Source of the DNA: Phoronis australis
Taxonomy: Eukaryota; Animalia; Phoronida
DNA: 64,000 nucleotides
Assembly (NCBI GenBank): GCA_002633005.1
Contig: NMRA01000687.1
Coordinates: 140,502-204,501, forward strand
Direction: 5' to 3'
Position numbers and translations under genes: made by a program. Shown here piece by piece: positions 1-32,000 of this stretch (its first letter is position 1; each line of letters starts with the position of its first letter). The notes beneath the pieces were generated by a model. The model ran no database searches, was not told the DNA's origin, and saw only the letters and a program-made list of their open reading frames with translations.

Positions 1-1464
1 TTTCATATAAAGCGTTCTTACAGCTTGTCTTACCTCCACTGCTTGTAGATTTCATGTCCATCCGGGCATTGACCGCGCTCGATAGAATTACGCGCCCTTG
101 TAGTTCTCTTTCTTTAATTTTCATGACAATTTTTGATAAATGAGGCTAACTCGTGTTGTAAAAATAAAGTTATTAGGCGGTGACGTTAATACCGCCTGCT
201 AATTGTTCCAGTCAAGCTCACCGGCGCCTCGCCAGACGTTACAAGTCTGAATATAATCTGACCCGGGAATCTTAACGTCTCGGCTCATTAGGGCGGCAGT
301 CCAGCGCACTTTGCGTAGATGAACGAGGTACCATCATTCGCTGACCACAAGGATACTTGGAATTACCCCCAGTATATTCAAAAAAGGGATTTCTATCAGT
401 GTCACTCTGTGGAGTACTGACAGAGTGAAAAATTCAGCAGGATTAGTTATCCAAGATACCGTCCAAAACTGATCTATAACACCAACAACGCGTCACACTG
501 AGCGTCGAATAAAACAAAAAATGGTAGAAATCTTGCCCCGTGGGAAGCGACCGCCGGAAACCCAAAAAAGACTCCCAAAATTAAGCTGGCTGAATTATTC
601 GAGGTGCCACATAAAATTGCATGTGGTTCATTTCGTGCCGTAGATCACTAAATGACCCCCAAAATAGCAGTCACCGTCGGGATATCCAAAACTGGTTAAA
701 AATGAACAAGCCACACCGAGCACCAAAGGGTCCATGTCGAATAATTTGCACTTTGAATACTGTCCCCAAAATCACCCAAAAGTTTTTTTAACTCAAATAT
801 TCGAAGTGCCATAAAAATTGTTACGTGCCAATGACCATGAGGCGGCTTGTGACTGACAAACAACACCATGGGTTGGGCGTCACGAGAACACCCCCCCCCC
901 AAAAAAAAAAATCTTGCAGAATGCTGCTGAAATTTTGTGGAAGACAATCGAGGTACCGGCCAAAACTGTTTAAAATGGACAAGCGCGTCAAGATCACCCA
1001 CGACTCTCTGGGTGGGTCCACTAGAATCTAAAGAATACCCCCTCTAGGCGCTCAAACTTTAGAGAAACCTGAAAGCAATTTCACATGAGTAGAGTTTTCA
1101 AGGAATCCTCACAGAAACGCCCATTTCGCCAAACTAAGTGACTTTGATAGATGCTGGCGGAGTGCTGCAGTCGTTTTTATCTGCCAATGGCAACGTCGCA
1201 CAGTACTTTCGCAAAACCTCTCCGCAAACCTTCTGTGCCGGGGTGCGTGAAAGACCCAAATAGAGACTCAAATAATTTCCCTAAATCTTTTGCCTATTTG
1301 TGTCTCTCTACTCACAAGATGTCTATGGATGCGATGCTCCCGGCTGGTCTTGGATGTGGCTCCTCTGTGCCACGGGTCAGTTTCCAATTCTAGCCCGCTT
1401 TCATAACAGTGCATCTTTTAAGAAAGAGACATGTAATCCATTCTTAAAAAACAGGTTTCAAAGT

Positions 1465-1793
1465 GGCATTAAAACCGTGTTCTCTGTGAAACCCAATTTT
1501 TGATATGGTTATGAATCTAATTGGTCTCGGTTTGTTCTTCGAATAAGTGAGATTCATGAGATTGGAAAGACCTGACAGTTGGTTATTCCTTAGGACCAAG
1601 CTCATAAGTTTCAGATGACGCGTGATCTGAAACTTTATGAACTTGGTCTGAAGAAATAACCAACTGTCGTGTCTTTCCGAGCCCAGAGATCACGTGAGTA
1701 AGACAAAGCGCAAAATAATTTTATGACGGAAAGTAGCTCAAAGCAAAACTTGTTTTCTGTGACAGAAAGCACGAGTTTCGTACCGCTTTTAAT
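1465..1793. mobile_element. MITE family B copy with a 115-bp near-perfect central palindrome (1564-1678)
   Basis: The reverse complement of its right end (TAAAAGCGGTACGAAACTCGTGCTTTCTGTCACAGAAAACAAGTTTT) matches 44170-44215. Confidence 0.65.
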
Positions 1794-1810
1794 GGTCAAT
1801 TTGACGCATT

Positions 1811-1980
1811 TCGCCCGGTTTGGTTAGCTAAACACGAACATCCGAATTAAGCCTTTTGAGTCTCATAAAAGCGGTCCCATCATATTCCTTACTGTGATAG
1901 CATTCCATCTTTGTTACAAACTCGATTTTATGAATAAAAGGTCTAATTCATATTTTTTTATTTTTAGCCAGCTAAATAGG
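1811..1980. mobile_element. MITE family A copy (internally deleted)
   Basis: CGAATTAAGCCTTTTGAGTCTCATAAAAGCGGTCCCATCATATTCCTTACTGTGATAG and right end TTAGCCAGCTAAATAGG. Confidence 0.65.
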
Positions 1981-2785
1981 GTTAAATTGCAGCTTTAAGT
2001 AACTTAGTTATATTTTGTCTGGCATACGCCCTCAGGTGAACAGAGTCGAATGTTACGATACATTTACAAGTGTTTTATGGTTCATCCAACGTTTGAACTA
2101 GCTTCACTTTGGGGGGGGGGCGTCTTTTTAACTTTTCGCCTCTACAAAAAGGCACGATTTCTGTTATCGGTCATTTTGTGCTCAGTATCCGACAATTGAT
2201 TATTTATTAAATCAGATTGTCTTATCTAGCTCAAAATTTCAACAATATGAGTCATATGTATTGGGGATATCAAACGTGTCCAACCCACAGTGGATTTTTT
2301 TCTATCATGGACCACTCAGGGATCAGTCGCGTGTACGGGATCATATAGTATTTTTTGTGGTGGATCTCGATTTTTTAACGTCATTTTGGGGTTTTGGAGG
2401 GCCCTTTTCAGCGTGCAAATTTCCTGTCAGTGTGTGCTCATTATGGCATGCTTGTTCATTTTAAGCAGTTTTGGCCGGTACCTCGAATATCTAATCTAGG
2501 TCAGTTTTGGACCTCTTGTAAGATCCCGGGGTGAACACCTTGAGTGGAAGCAACGATTCTTCGGTACCTGCTGACGTACACTGTAGCGCTCACAGTAGTC
2601 AGATATTTGCATCTCGTTCATCTGTACTCAGTGCTCTGGCCGGCCAGTCTATCAACGATCTTCAGCCAAATCGCTGTGGTGTCTTTATGGACTTACCTTG
2701 GAACGCGTTCAGTTGTCTAAGCAGACCTGCGATTTTTTATAACACGAGTCTTTGACCACGGTAATGTTAAAGTTTAAAAATAACC

Positions 2786-2941
2786 GCAATAACTAAGAAA
2801 TTCGTTGTAAAGCACGTTTCGCTTTATCGGCTATAATGATGTTCAGGTGAGCATAGGTAAAACATAGAATGTTGACCCAAAGATGCCTTTTAGCTAATAA
2901 AGCGAAACGTCCTGTATTACAATGAATGTCTTTGTTATCGC
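2786..2941. repeat. Inverted repeat / small MITE
   Basis: Arms of ~48 bp around ACGTTTCGCTTTAT / ATAAAGCGAAACGT. Confidence 0.7.
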
Positions 2942-3471
2942 CATCGTAATCTTATCAGTTTCCGTCTTCTTAGAGGAGTCGATTAGAGAAATAATGACGC
3001 GAATTACGAATGAAACCACAACCATTTTTCATTGATATAAAATGCTATTTGCTTTTCAGATGATATTCCCATTTACCAACAGTGGAGAAGCAGGACTAGT
3101 GTTGCTTTGATGGTGACTAGATTTTGAAAGTAAACGTGTCACGTGCCTAGTGGAATTTCAAAATGGAAGCCATTAAAAAACTCCATAGCCAAAATTTTAA
3201 TTAAATCAGTTCTTTGCCACAGTAAGATTAAAAACCGGACGATCGCCGCACAAATGAAGAAGTTCATTATAAATCAACGTTTTGCCTATTCGTTAGACAT
3301 CATCAAGATATTTACATAGGACAACAAATTTTAAGATGGTGCGGATGGAATTTTGTAGTATTTTTTAAATGATTTTCCTGAAAATTGTACACCTGTCATC
3401 AGTCCAGCAATCGACTTTGTTGTGTTTCCCAAACTACAGTGTACGACTAGGCTGCGTTCCTAGACCAATTT

Positions 3472-3758
3472 TCTTGCGAGAAAAGCGAGATCACGCAAAT
3501 CTTCCAGCGATATGGCCATGCATTACAACTGAAGCACGTGACCACACTAACTTTCTTGAATTGGGTCTACGGAAAGCCTAGGAGTGGTGCATAAAAATAT
3601 TATTTTTTTACCACAACTGGGCTGGGTTCTGCAAAAAAAAATCTCGTAAGAAAAGCGATATCATGAAAGTGTTCTCGAAATATGACCATGCGTTAAAACC
3701 GAAGTACTTGACCACATTTGTTTAGCTTTTCTCGCGTTGGTCTACGGAAACCCCAGGG
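3472..3758 (+). repeat. Diverged tandem duplication (~170-bp period)
   Basis: AGAAAAGCGAGATCA..ATATGGCCATGC..GACCACA..GGTCTACGGAAA at ~3479-3575 recurs at ~3649-3750. Confidence 0.7.
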
Positions 3759-5273
3759 GTCGTGATAATGATTATTACTTTCTTAAAATAATGTCCCCAG
3801 GCATCATGTCGTGACCACGCGCCACTTACATGTGGGATGTACCGGAAATTGAAACTTGTTCGATTAGCACCATCGACATCTCAGTCAAATACCTCTTGTT
3901 CAGCATTCTCAAGTTCTGTATGATCAACAAGTGATGAAACCATATTTCTGTGTGGGTTCATAGAAACACTAGTGCAACTATTCAACAGTTCTGGATTTAC
4001 ACGAATGTCATTCAACACTAAAACAAATCAGGTTTTCGGTATGTATTCCATATATTTAGTAATTTTCAAAAATAAATGTTTTGATTTGAACAAACATTTA
4101 TGATTTCCACCGAGAGATTTTCATTATTTAAAATGTACCCATAGCAGGTACGTTTTGTAGCGTTATACATAAAGCGTAGAAACAATCGCCTTATTCTTAT
4201 TGCTACAGTATTATCTGGGAGTAATATTTCATTATAGTCCTAGAGTATTATTTTGCAATATTGAACAAAAACATTGCCTTAATTGCTAACCCGTATTGAG
4301 GATGATTATAATCCTTTGCACGGTCCCGACATCACAATAACCGGCTCGCATAATCACTAATGATATCTGAACGAGTTACCGATATAATGCTTACGAACAG
4401 TGGTTTTTATCATTCGATTGTGAGAACGTTTGTGGAGTGTATGAATGCGAAAATGTGTCGTTCTTGCCTTTCAAGTAATATGAACTGTCAAGCGTTTAGG
4501 AAACTTAAGCTCTCCAGTTGTTGTCGGTTTTGCCATTCGGTGGTTTGGTTTCAAGGAGAACTTTTAATTCCGAATCTTGAACAATGTTTATAGTCACCTA
4601 TACTGGTTCAGCATCGTAAGAACCAGTTTTCTGCACTGAATAGCGTGCATCAAACTGGTTATTGTCCGAAATTGTGCAGTAATAAAACATGAACAATATG
4701 TGATTGTTTTGTTTACCTGGTTATAAGAATACAACAGACAATCGGTCAACTTCATGACAAGGTTGGTAAGTCGTTGAATTAAGCCGCTTAGGACACTTTC
4801 ATCTGAACATCGGCCATTTGCGTTATCAGGTCGCATTAAAGTACGACTTCAAAAAATTACAGTGCTTTAGTTGAACGGGTGATCATAAAATGGCGTTTAT
4901 TTGTGCTTAACAGTGCTTTAATGATAGTTATAATCCTTTCAAACTTTTTCCGGTTTTTAAAAGAAAATTTAAACTCATCAAAAACCAGTAAGATTTTTTA
5001 CACCTGTTTCTTGGCCATTCCGTTCCAATTTAAACGCAGGGTAATGATTTCTTTCACTTTAGTGAGACAATAATTTAGACGTGCTCGATAAAATCCCAAT
5101 AGACGCTGGCAAATAAAGCGAGCATAAATTAAAAGGAATGTTGTTCTTTGGCACTTGACATCTCACGTAGAGAGACAGACTGACTCCTAGGACGAGAAAA
5201 GCGCGAGGTCATCCATCCTCGCGTTAAATCTCACGTTTATGACCTCATATGACGTCATTCTCATGGACTTCTA

Positions 5274-5537
5274 CTGGGGTCTGTTCCACAAAATGTGACA
5301 ATAGATTTAGGACAGAAATTTGGTCTCAAGGTCCACGAAACTAGTTCTGAAAAATAACTAAATTTCACTTGTGAATAAAAGTGAAGTCTTTGAGAATTTT
5401 CACTTAACTGCTAGTTTCTGAGATAATTTCTATTAAACATTTCTCTACTGTGCAGCTAGGCCTTTATTCAGCAACTGTTAAGTTGGAGCGTAAAACAAAA
5501 ATTCTGCCTTAGTCACTTAAAAGAAACTGACCCCTGG
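5274..5537. mobile_element. MITE with GGGGTCTGTTCCAC...GAAACTGACCCCTGG ends (Harbinger-like); related copy ~46631-46915
   Basis: Inverted termini and internal short direct repeats. CAGGGGTCTGTTTCCTGAAA at 46631. Confidence 0.5.
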
Positions 5538-6239
5538 GTTGCGAGTCATCTGATACGGAATAATGTCAAATCTGAACACAGCGGCCATTTTGTTGAAATA
5601 ATTCCTAAACGGCGTTGGAACAGAAGCAACTCAGTAAAATCAAATACTATAAGTTAAAAGTGAGTAGACTGACACGTTTAGGATGGAAAGCCTGTTCATA
5701 AAAATTGCAGATCTTAATTATTGCTGCGACATATGTGCGAGTGTAAATTTGTACACGACCTTAAAGTTCCATGCCGCTAGCACTGCACAACGCTGATTTC
5801 CACGTAAATAAAACCATTAAAAACAAATCTAACTCTCTGATAATAAAATTTCAAATATTTTAAGCTTACTACAAACTGACAAACAAGGATGCAAGCGTGC
5901 GTGAATATCAAAGAAAGGCAAAAACGCACATCATCTAAGGCGAGATCACCTGCCGAGTCAACTCCTGTGAACGAATTGGAATCACATGTGAACGAGTGTT
6001 TTTGGTTGAAACATATCACGAAACAAATAATGGTCCCCACCTTGGGGATACTTTGTTCTCCGCGTTATTCCCAGATGCAGAACCCTCGCTGGAGTTTATC
6101 ACACGCGCTGACGTTGTGGCCGCCTATCATAAATACGGATGAGATTCAGTCCACGGTTTCATTCATAGTAAAGAAATGTGCAGGTATTGAAATGATTAGT
6201 TAGTCACTGTTGTCACCACCATTGTCAATCGTTTGAAGT

Positions 6240-6585
6240 TGCCATGAACCCACTTTCTGTCAAAAAATCAATTTTTATTTAGACCGTTTTCCGATTTAAA
6301 AGTGACTCCAGTGTGTTCCTTGTTCAGATTAGAATTGATTTCTGGGCTCGGCGAAGAAGTGTCAGCTCGTTATTTCATGAGACGAAGCTCCATGAATAAG
6401 TTTACATTACCCGGCGGGTCATTTTATCCGCCGAGCATTGCCTCAAGCGCTAACGAATAGTTAGTTCTTACCAAACACAGGCATCACTTCTAAACTGACC
6501 AAGATGTGCGTTGAGAACAGGTTTAAAACTGCAAGTGATATGAATCAAAGGTTTTTTGACGGAAGGCAGTTTTGTAACGACTTTC
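6240..6585. mobile_element. Probable diverged MITE family B copy
   Basis: CTTTCTGTCAAAAAA ... TTTTTTGACGGAAG inverted ends similar to family B. Confidence 0.45.
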
Positions 6586-8446
6586 TGGGAAATAAGTCAC
6601 AACTCGCGTTCCGTAGATGCGAGAATCGGGCAACACTTCACGAAATATCAGCTTATTACAACCGAAGCAACCGATCACACCAGCCTCGCTCGCCACTGTT
6701 AGTCCTACGTAACGCACCCCAACAATAGATTAATAATCACCGAACAGGACACGTACTTTGTCGTAATTCTCATCGTGTTGTTAAAAATGAAATTGACAAA
6801 TGTCGTGTTTCAATTGTTTCTGTAAAGAGCCATAAATGATAGGTTAAGGTAGTATAACAAAAGAAAACAGACCAGAGTCAGAAAACAAAAATAAATATAT
6901 ATATTTCAATGACCTATGAGTCTTTTTACAAAAACAGAAGAGACATAAAAAAGCATTTGCTACATTACGTTATCTATGAATGTTCGCCATATTGAACACA
7001 AGTCGAAATTAAATAAGTACTTTGCATAGGTCAAAGGTCAATACAGAGTTGCGTCATTGTGTTGTCAAACAACAATCGCACTTGATTGTCTCAGGGCAAG
7101 AGTTAAAATAATCCCTTGAAAATCTGCTCAAGGCAAGAATAGGCCTATGCGAATCCAGCACCTTTCGGTTTTAAGCCAAAGTTAATTGTACAGCTTCGTT
7201 GCATTGCTCTCACAACTGAAGGTAACCAGAGGAATTGATACTCAATTTAAAGCCTGTCCAAAACCAACTTCATTGTTCATCTTCCTGGTAAAAATATTCA
7301 CATGTGCGAGCAACGTTCAAAAATGCCAGAAACATACCACCACTTGGTTGTAATGCCAGTACAAAGGAGATCAATAAAAGGGGCGTCACCTAAAAACTAT
7401 TCTTAACAGAAAATACAATATTTCAAGGCTTTCAGATTCACCGGTGGATTCCAAGGAAATAAAACACGGAAAATCTTGACATAGAAACAACACCACGAAT
7501 GAATTATTTTTCAATGGTCGTTAGAGGTTGTTAAGGCGTCTTATTACAAACTGACCCTCTTTCTATAACCACCTAGTGCGTAAATCGAATTTTAACCCAA
7601 TTCAAGGTAGACGCTTCGTACGAGTTAAAACCGATTCAATAAATTAAGGCTAAAATATATCTAAATATGTATATAATATGACCATACACGAACCTTGTGA
7701 AATTCGACCCTTTTCAAATGCATAAGTATTTACAGAAAGAAAACATAAAAATGTCGACCAATTCTTCGGATACGAAACTCTGAACAAATTATCTAGATTA
7801 CAGCAATTATACAATACAAGAACACATTTACAAGCCTCACTTGTCGGCAAAATCGACAAAGACAGTAAAATGGCAAGAAACTCTATCAAGTTAAAACGCC
7901 AGCTCAACACTTTGCTGACATCATAATTGCACCATTTGAATTATACGACATGTCACACAAATCTAACATTTTGGACACTACAATGCTCCATTGGTATTTT
8001 ACCATAAGCGATGATGATAGTTATAATAAATATCTTCTTTCACTATATTTAAGCGACATTTCTCAAAAGTATATAGCCAACATCAAAAATATAGCGAATG
8101 CCCTGTGTCAGATCAGGCTCGTTGAACGAATCCGCTGAGACAGAGGTCAAATACCCTGAATTTCCGAGAAAGATTAACACTATGTAGGATCATACCCACA
8201 ATTCAGTAAAACAATTTTTTTCTGAAAGTAAAAATCCAGAAGAATTTGATTTTGTCTGCTATCAATCTGCCACTAAATCGATTGTGTGACCATGTATTTT
8301 AGTAAAATCAAATCAAATCAAGAGAAAGGTACATTCACAGCAACGGTATCAATAATGTGGCCAAATTTCATTAGAAAAGATGCAAATTTTCAAGATGAAA
8401 TCTCAAAACTGATGTCACATTATTCCGATTTCGTTCCATGCAACTT

Positions 8447-9198
8447 TTTATTTGTTTCACGGGAACTGTATTTTATAGCCCCTCGTGCAAAAGTGGGACA
8501 TTTCACAAACTATTCCTAACAGCCATTTTGAGAACAGTGCATGAAGCCATACTGTGGCGAATGTTTCAGACTAATAGGATCAATCATATCTGAGGTATGA
8601 ACTTATCAAAATTTGGTCATTTTATTGGGATCCTACACAGTGTTCGAGCTTCAGCAAATAAATGTGCGATCACATCCTCATGGGCCGATATGTGAAAGTT
8701 TACTGGCCCGGCCGAAAATCCGCTAGCTCCGGGCCACCGTTTACTTCGAACGCTGGTCCTACATAACCTTAAAATGCTTCTTCTGCAAGCAGACACGGTC
8801 GCCACCATTTTGATCAATAGCGAGCATGCGCAAAACTTGTAACCCTGAACAAAATGGACGACGTCATGTAAGATATGAATCACAAGTAATGTCTAATAAA
8901 AGATGCTTGGAAATTTTCAATGCAACGTGGGTAGCACGGTTGGTGCACACATGTCATTAGAACAATCATAAACTACAAGTCACGGGATTGTTGTGATCAA
9001 TAGAAGGACAGTATAACATGTCAATAAAGACCCGTTCTTCACAGTATAACATACAAATATGATACATCAACGATAATCATGGTAAAAACATCAAACATGA
9101 CGAGTGTCATATACAATACTTATAATCGCTTTCTTCGTGATTTCGCCACTAAAATCCACCAGATAATTTGAGCAGGTCGAGGGAGGGGTAGATTGCAT
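8447..9198 (-). other. Proximal Pax6 3' UTR with candidate AATAAA signals at 8626-8621 and 8452-8447
   Basis: Minus-strand AATAAA hexamers downstream of the stop. U-rich composition continues to ~6.9 kb, so the UTR may be longer. Confidence 0.4.
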
Positions 9199-28724
<19,526 letters not shown>

Positions 28725-28834
28725 ACTGTGTCTCTTCGGCAATAAATCTTATCCAGTCGAGTAAAACATTTAACCAAGCGACCCCCGCCGCATCGATATG
28801 AACCGACGCTTCGACTGCCCGGCGCATTCACACG

Positions 28835-29010
28835 TCCAATATGGCGGCCAGACTGGCACTAATACAGGGGGCGGAGCTTGTGAATAATATTAATATATTG
28901 TGAATATTATGGTCGGCGCACACACGGGTTTGTACAGCAAGCAATGGATGGGCAATAGAAAAGAATGCCTCTGTCAAAACAACGCGTTTTCAATAGATTG
29001 GGGTTTACTC
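28835..29010 (-). promoter_or_regulatory. Candidate Pax6 proximal promoter
   Basis: YY1-like GGCCGCCATATT (~28839-28850, minus), GC box GGGGCGGAGC (~28867-28876) and CCAAT (~29000), in a CpG-rich stretch ~110-280 bp upstream of the ATG. TSS is inferred only. Confidence 0.5.
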
Positions 29011-32000
29011 GACGACCTACAAAATCGGCTGTTCAAATGAGCTGTTAATTTTTTCATCACCAGGCATCAATTGAGTGAAATTGATTAACGTTTAATAATC
29101 CTAAATGACATGGAAATTGCTCGTCTATTGTCATCGCATTCATTTTGGTACAGAACAAGTATTTTTAATGAAAAACCCCAGGAAGTTATGTATAACGGTG
29201 ACGTGGCTTAGACTTTTGAAAATTCAGTTAATTCTCCGAACTGTGGTCAACATGCTACAACCTGGTTTGTTTCTTGAAAGCAGGTTCGTTCTTTTACTAA
29301 ATTAAAAATAAACACGGACAAGAGTACTGACCCCGTTACGGAGCCGCCCCCTACACCCCTCGGGTTATTTTCTCGTCACTATTATGCGCCCACCCGCTTC
29401 GATGCTGGGCACTATTATTCAGTCACCTAACAACACCGTGCCAGTCACTGAGTGAGTGTTTGTTATTTCCTCTCTTCTTCGTTTTCACGTCCGTTTTCGC
29501 GGCATAAACAAGACAGGTGCTGACCGGGCCAAGCGTCTACGCGGCTTCGTTCCATGGAACTTGGTAAAGATTCGTTTATAAAAATCGAAAAACGTGAAAT
29601 AAAAACGTAACGGTCTAACTTCTTTTTCAGGATCAACGAAGTTAGGACACGATGGCAGCAAAAGAATGTTGTTCAGATAACGATTTGTTAACATTTTCGA
29701 CAATATGAGGAAGATAAAAAAACGCCACCTAAAAGTAACAACACACATTCTGCGTAGATAAAAGCATTTAAAATTGGGTTGCCGCATTATTCAAGAAGCC
29801 TTAAGAATTCTTAAGACATTCAACGTTTTCAATCAAGAGCATATCCAGTGTTAAAAAAGGAAACGATAAATGCATAATTTCAAAAATCCTAATAATCAGA
29901 TTTCATCGACCTCTTCGTTAAAATGCTAATCACTCAAACGGTGCGTAAAAATTTTCAGCACCTAGGATCATTACGGGATATTATTTCAAACTTATTAACC
30001 GAAATTATTCAATTTACCTTCGGATTAATCCGTTGTGGAATTAAAATGTTTATGCTTCTGTCGCGGTTCATTTGCTTTGAAGAGACAATTGAAATAATGA
30101 CCGAAGCTCAATACTGTCGGCTCCGTATTTTACCATTACAGAAAACCAATTATAATCAAAACATCAAAAACCGTTCGCAATTGTAGTTCAGCTGAAAATG
30201 TCACCGAATTTATTTTCAGTTGGCAAGAGGAAAAAAGGTTTCAATCCTATTCGAAGATCAGCGATTTTAGAAAGGAATTATCGAATTACGTATTGTCATT
30301 ATTTGAGACCATACCGTCTGCGACGACCCCGGAGAAAGCGGTTATGTCTTTACCAGTCATTAAATTTAATTTATTTCGTTATTTTCATGTCATTCTCATC
30401 GCCAGCCATTTGATGTATGTCGTCCTCAGCATCAATCAAATGTCCAATAAATCCGCGCGCTTACAAAACCATCGAAGATTTACGGGAGAAGGCTTTGCAA
30501 ACTTACTCACGTATAGTTATTCATCTTTCTGACAGAAAACGTTTTATCAGTTTTAAAACGTGATATCATGGGTTTCCATGGTGACGGAAATGATCGGCGA
30601 CCAGCAGGGCACTGATACATTTGGTTGTAACCGGTGTCAGATTTTGAAAAGACATAAGCAAGGAAATAATTTTAAGCAAAATTTCAGTGTGTGATAGAAA
30701 TTAAGTCAATTTTACACGCCTGTAGATAAAGGGAGACAAGCAGCCAACATTCCACGGAGTGCATGTTGGCAAGTTCCCTCTTACACCAGTCGAAACTGCT
30801 CGATAATTTTCGAGTCCTCACTTTTTTGTTAATTTAAGTAAATTTAACAAACAATTGTAACTCTTTATGCGCTCTTACACTGGCAAATGTGTTTCAAGAA
30901 TCTTAACTTTTATAATTATATTTACATGATTTGATCCAATTTTAAATATTTCAAAATTGGTCTACTTAACTCAGCGAATATAAAACCACAGACGATCTCG
31001 AGGGAAGGGTTCGGCTTTTAAAAGACTTGAAAAATGCAAAAATGCTTACCACGACGGATTCTTCCCTTACGAGATCCGCTGGAATTTGGGTCATCATCTA
31101 CTAAAAATACAGAAATAAATATAAATATCTCCACTGTCAATCGCTCAATACCAATTATTTTTCATCTCATATTTTTGCTACAAAAATCATAACCAAAGAT
31201 GTCGAGTGACGGCATTCATAGCGGCACAAAATATTGGAAACTAGGTTAAGAAGGTCTATTCTATTTGATTCCAGTTTTCTTCTGTATCTACGAAGGCAGA
31301 GAGGTTTAAGCAAACACAGTCTCGTTAAAAAGTGGATTAATTCAATTTCCTTTCACGTTGCCTTGAGCAACAGCGCATCCGAATACAGGGATAGAATTAT
31401 TTATATGATCAAAAACTAACGAGGCTCGCTGACCGAGAAATTACAATTGGCAAAAACGAGAACTTGCTTAATATGACAATTGAATAAGCAACTGTTTTGA
31501 AAAGCTCAATTCTCAGCGGAGATAACCCTTGCGGTTTGCCCATACAGGTGAGACACGCATACGGGTAAAAGTCATTAAATAGAAGTTTATTTCACTATTA
31601 ACTCTGAAAAAATATCTACCATGAATAAATAAATTGCGACACGGCTGACCACGTTGGTTGCGGCTGAAATAATTGGCGACTACTTAACTGACAAATTACA
31701 CCCACCCCATCGGATTAAAATCCCCGTGCACTTATTGACCCCGCAGCGATATTGTCACGAAAGCGAGTGGCGTTGTATTTTGAGTGTAGCATAATTCAGC
31801 GATTGCTTTATTCAAGTTACTGCATTTAAATTTTCAATTGGCGATCTTGTAAGGCTGTTGACGAGGTACTTAACTTCATTCAACCTTTCCTCGTGTCGTC
31901 TCGGGAAAAATCCTCACTTGCTATCTTCACACACAATAAGCTCGAGTGACAAGTAAGTTCGTTCGGTATACTTTATCGTGAGGCACAATAAACGAGGCGT

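Larger units (their letters stand above)
585..2490. repeat. Diverged repeat units (585-1030) with an inverted copy at ~2380-2490
   Basis: TCGAGGTACCGGCCAAAACTGTTTAAAATGGACAAGC (948-984) is the reverse complement of ~2450-2486. A related unit lies at ~686-711. Confidence 0.6.

Noticed and set aside
9091-9198. 35-codon ORF whose ATG immediately follows the Pax6 TAG (readthrough or reinitiation)
   Set aside because: TAG-A is not a leaky context, and the length is plausible by chance.
29485-29505. ATG CCG CGA AAA CGG (MPRKR) as an alternative Pax6 first exon
   Set aside because: The only nearby GT is a weak donor in phase 2, incompatible with the phase-1 paired exon.
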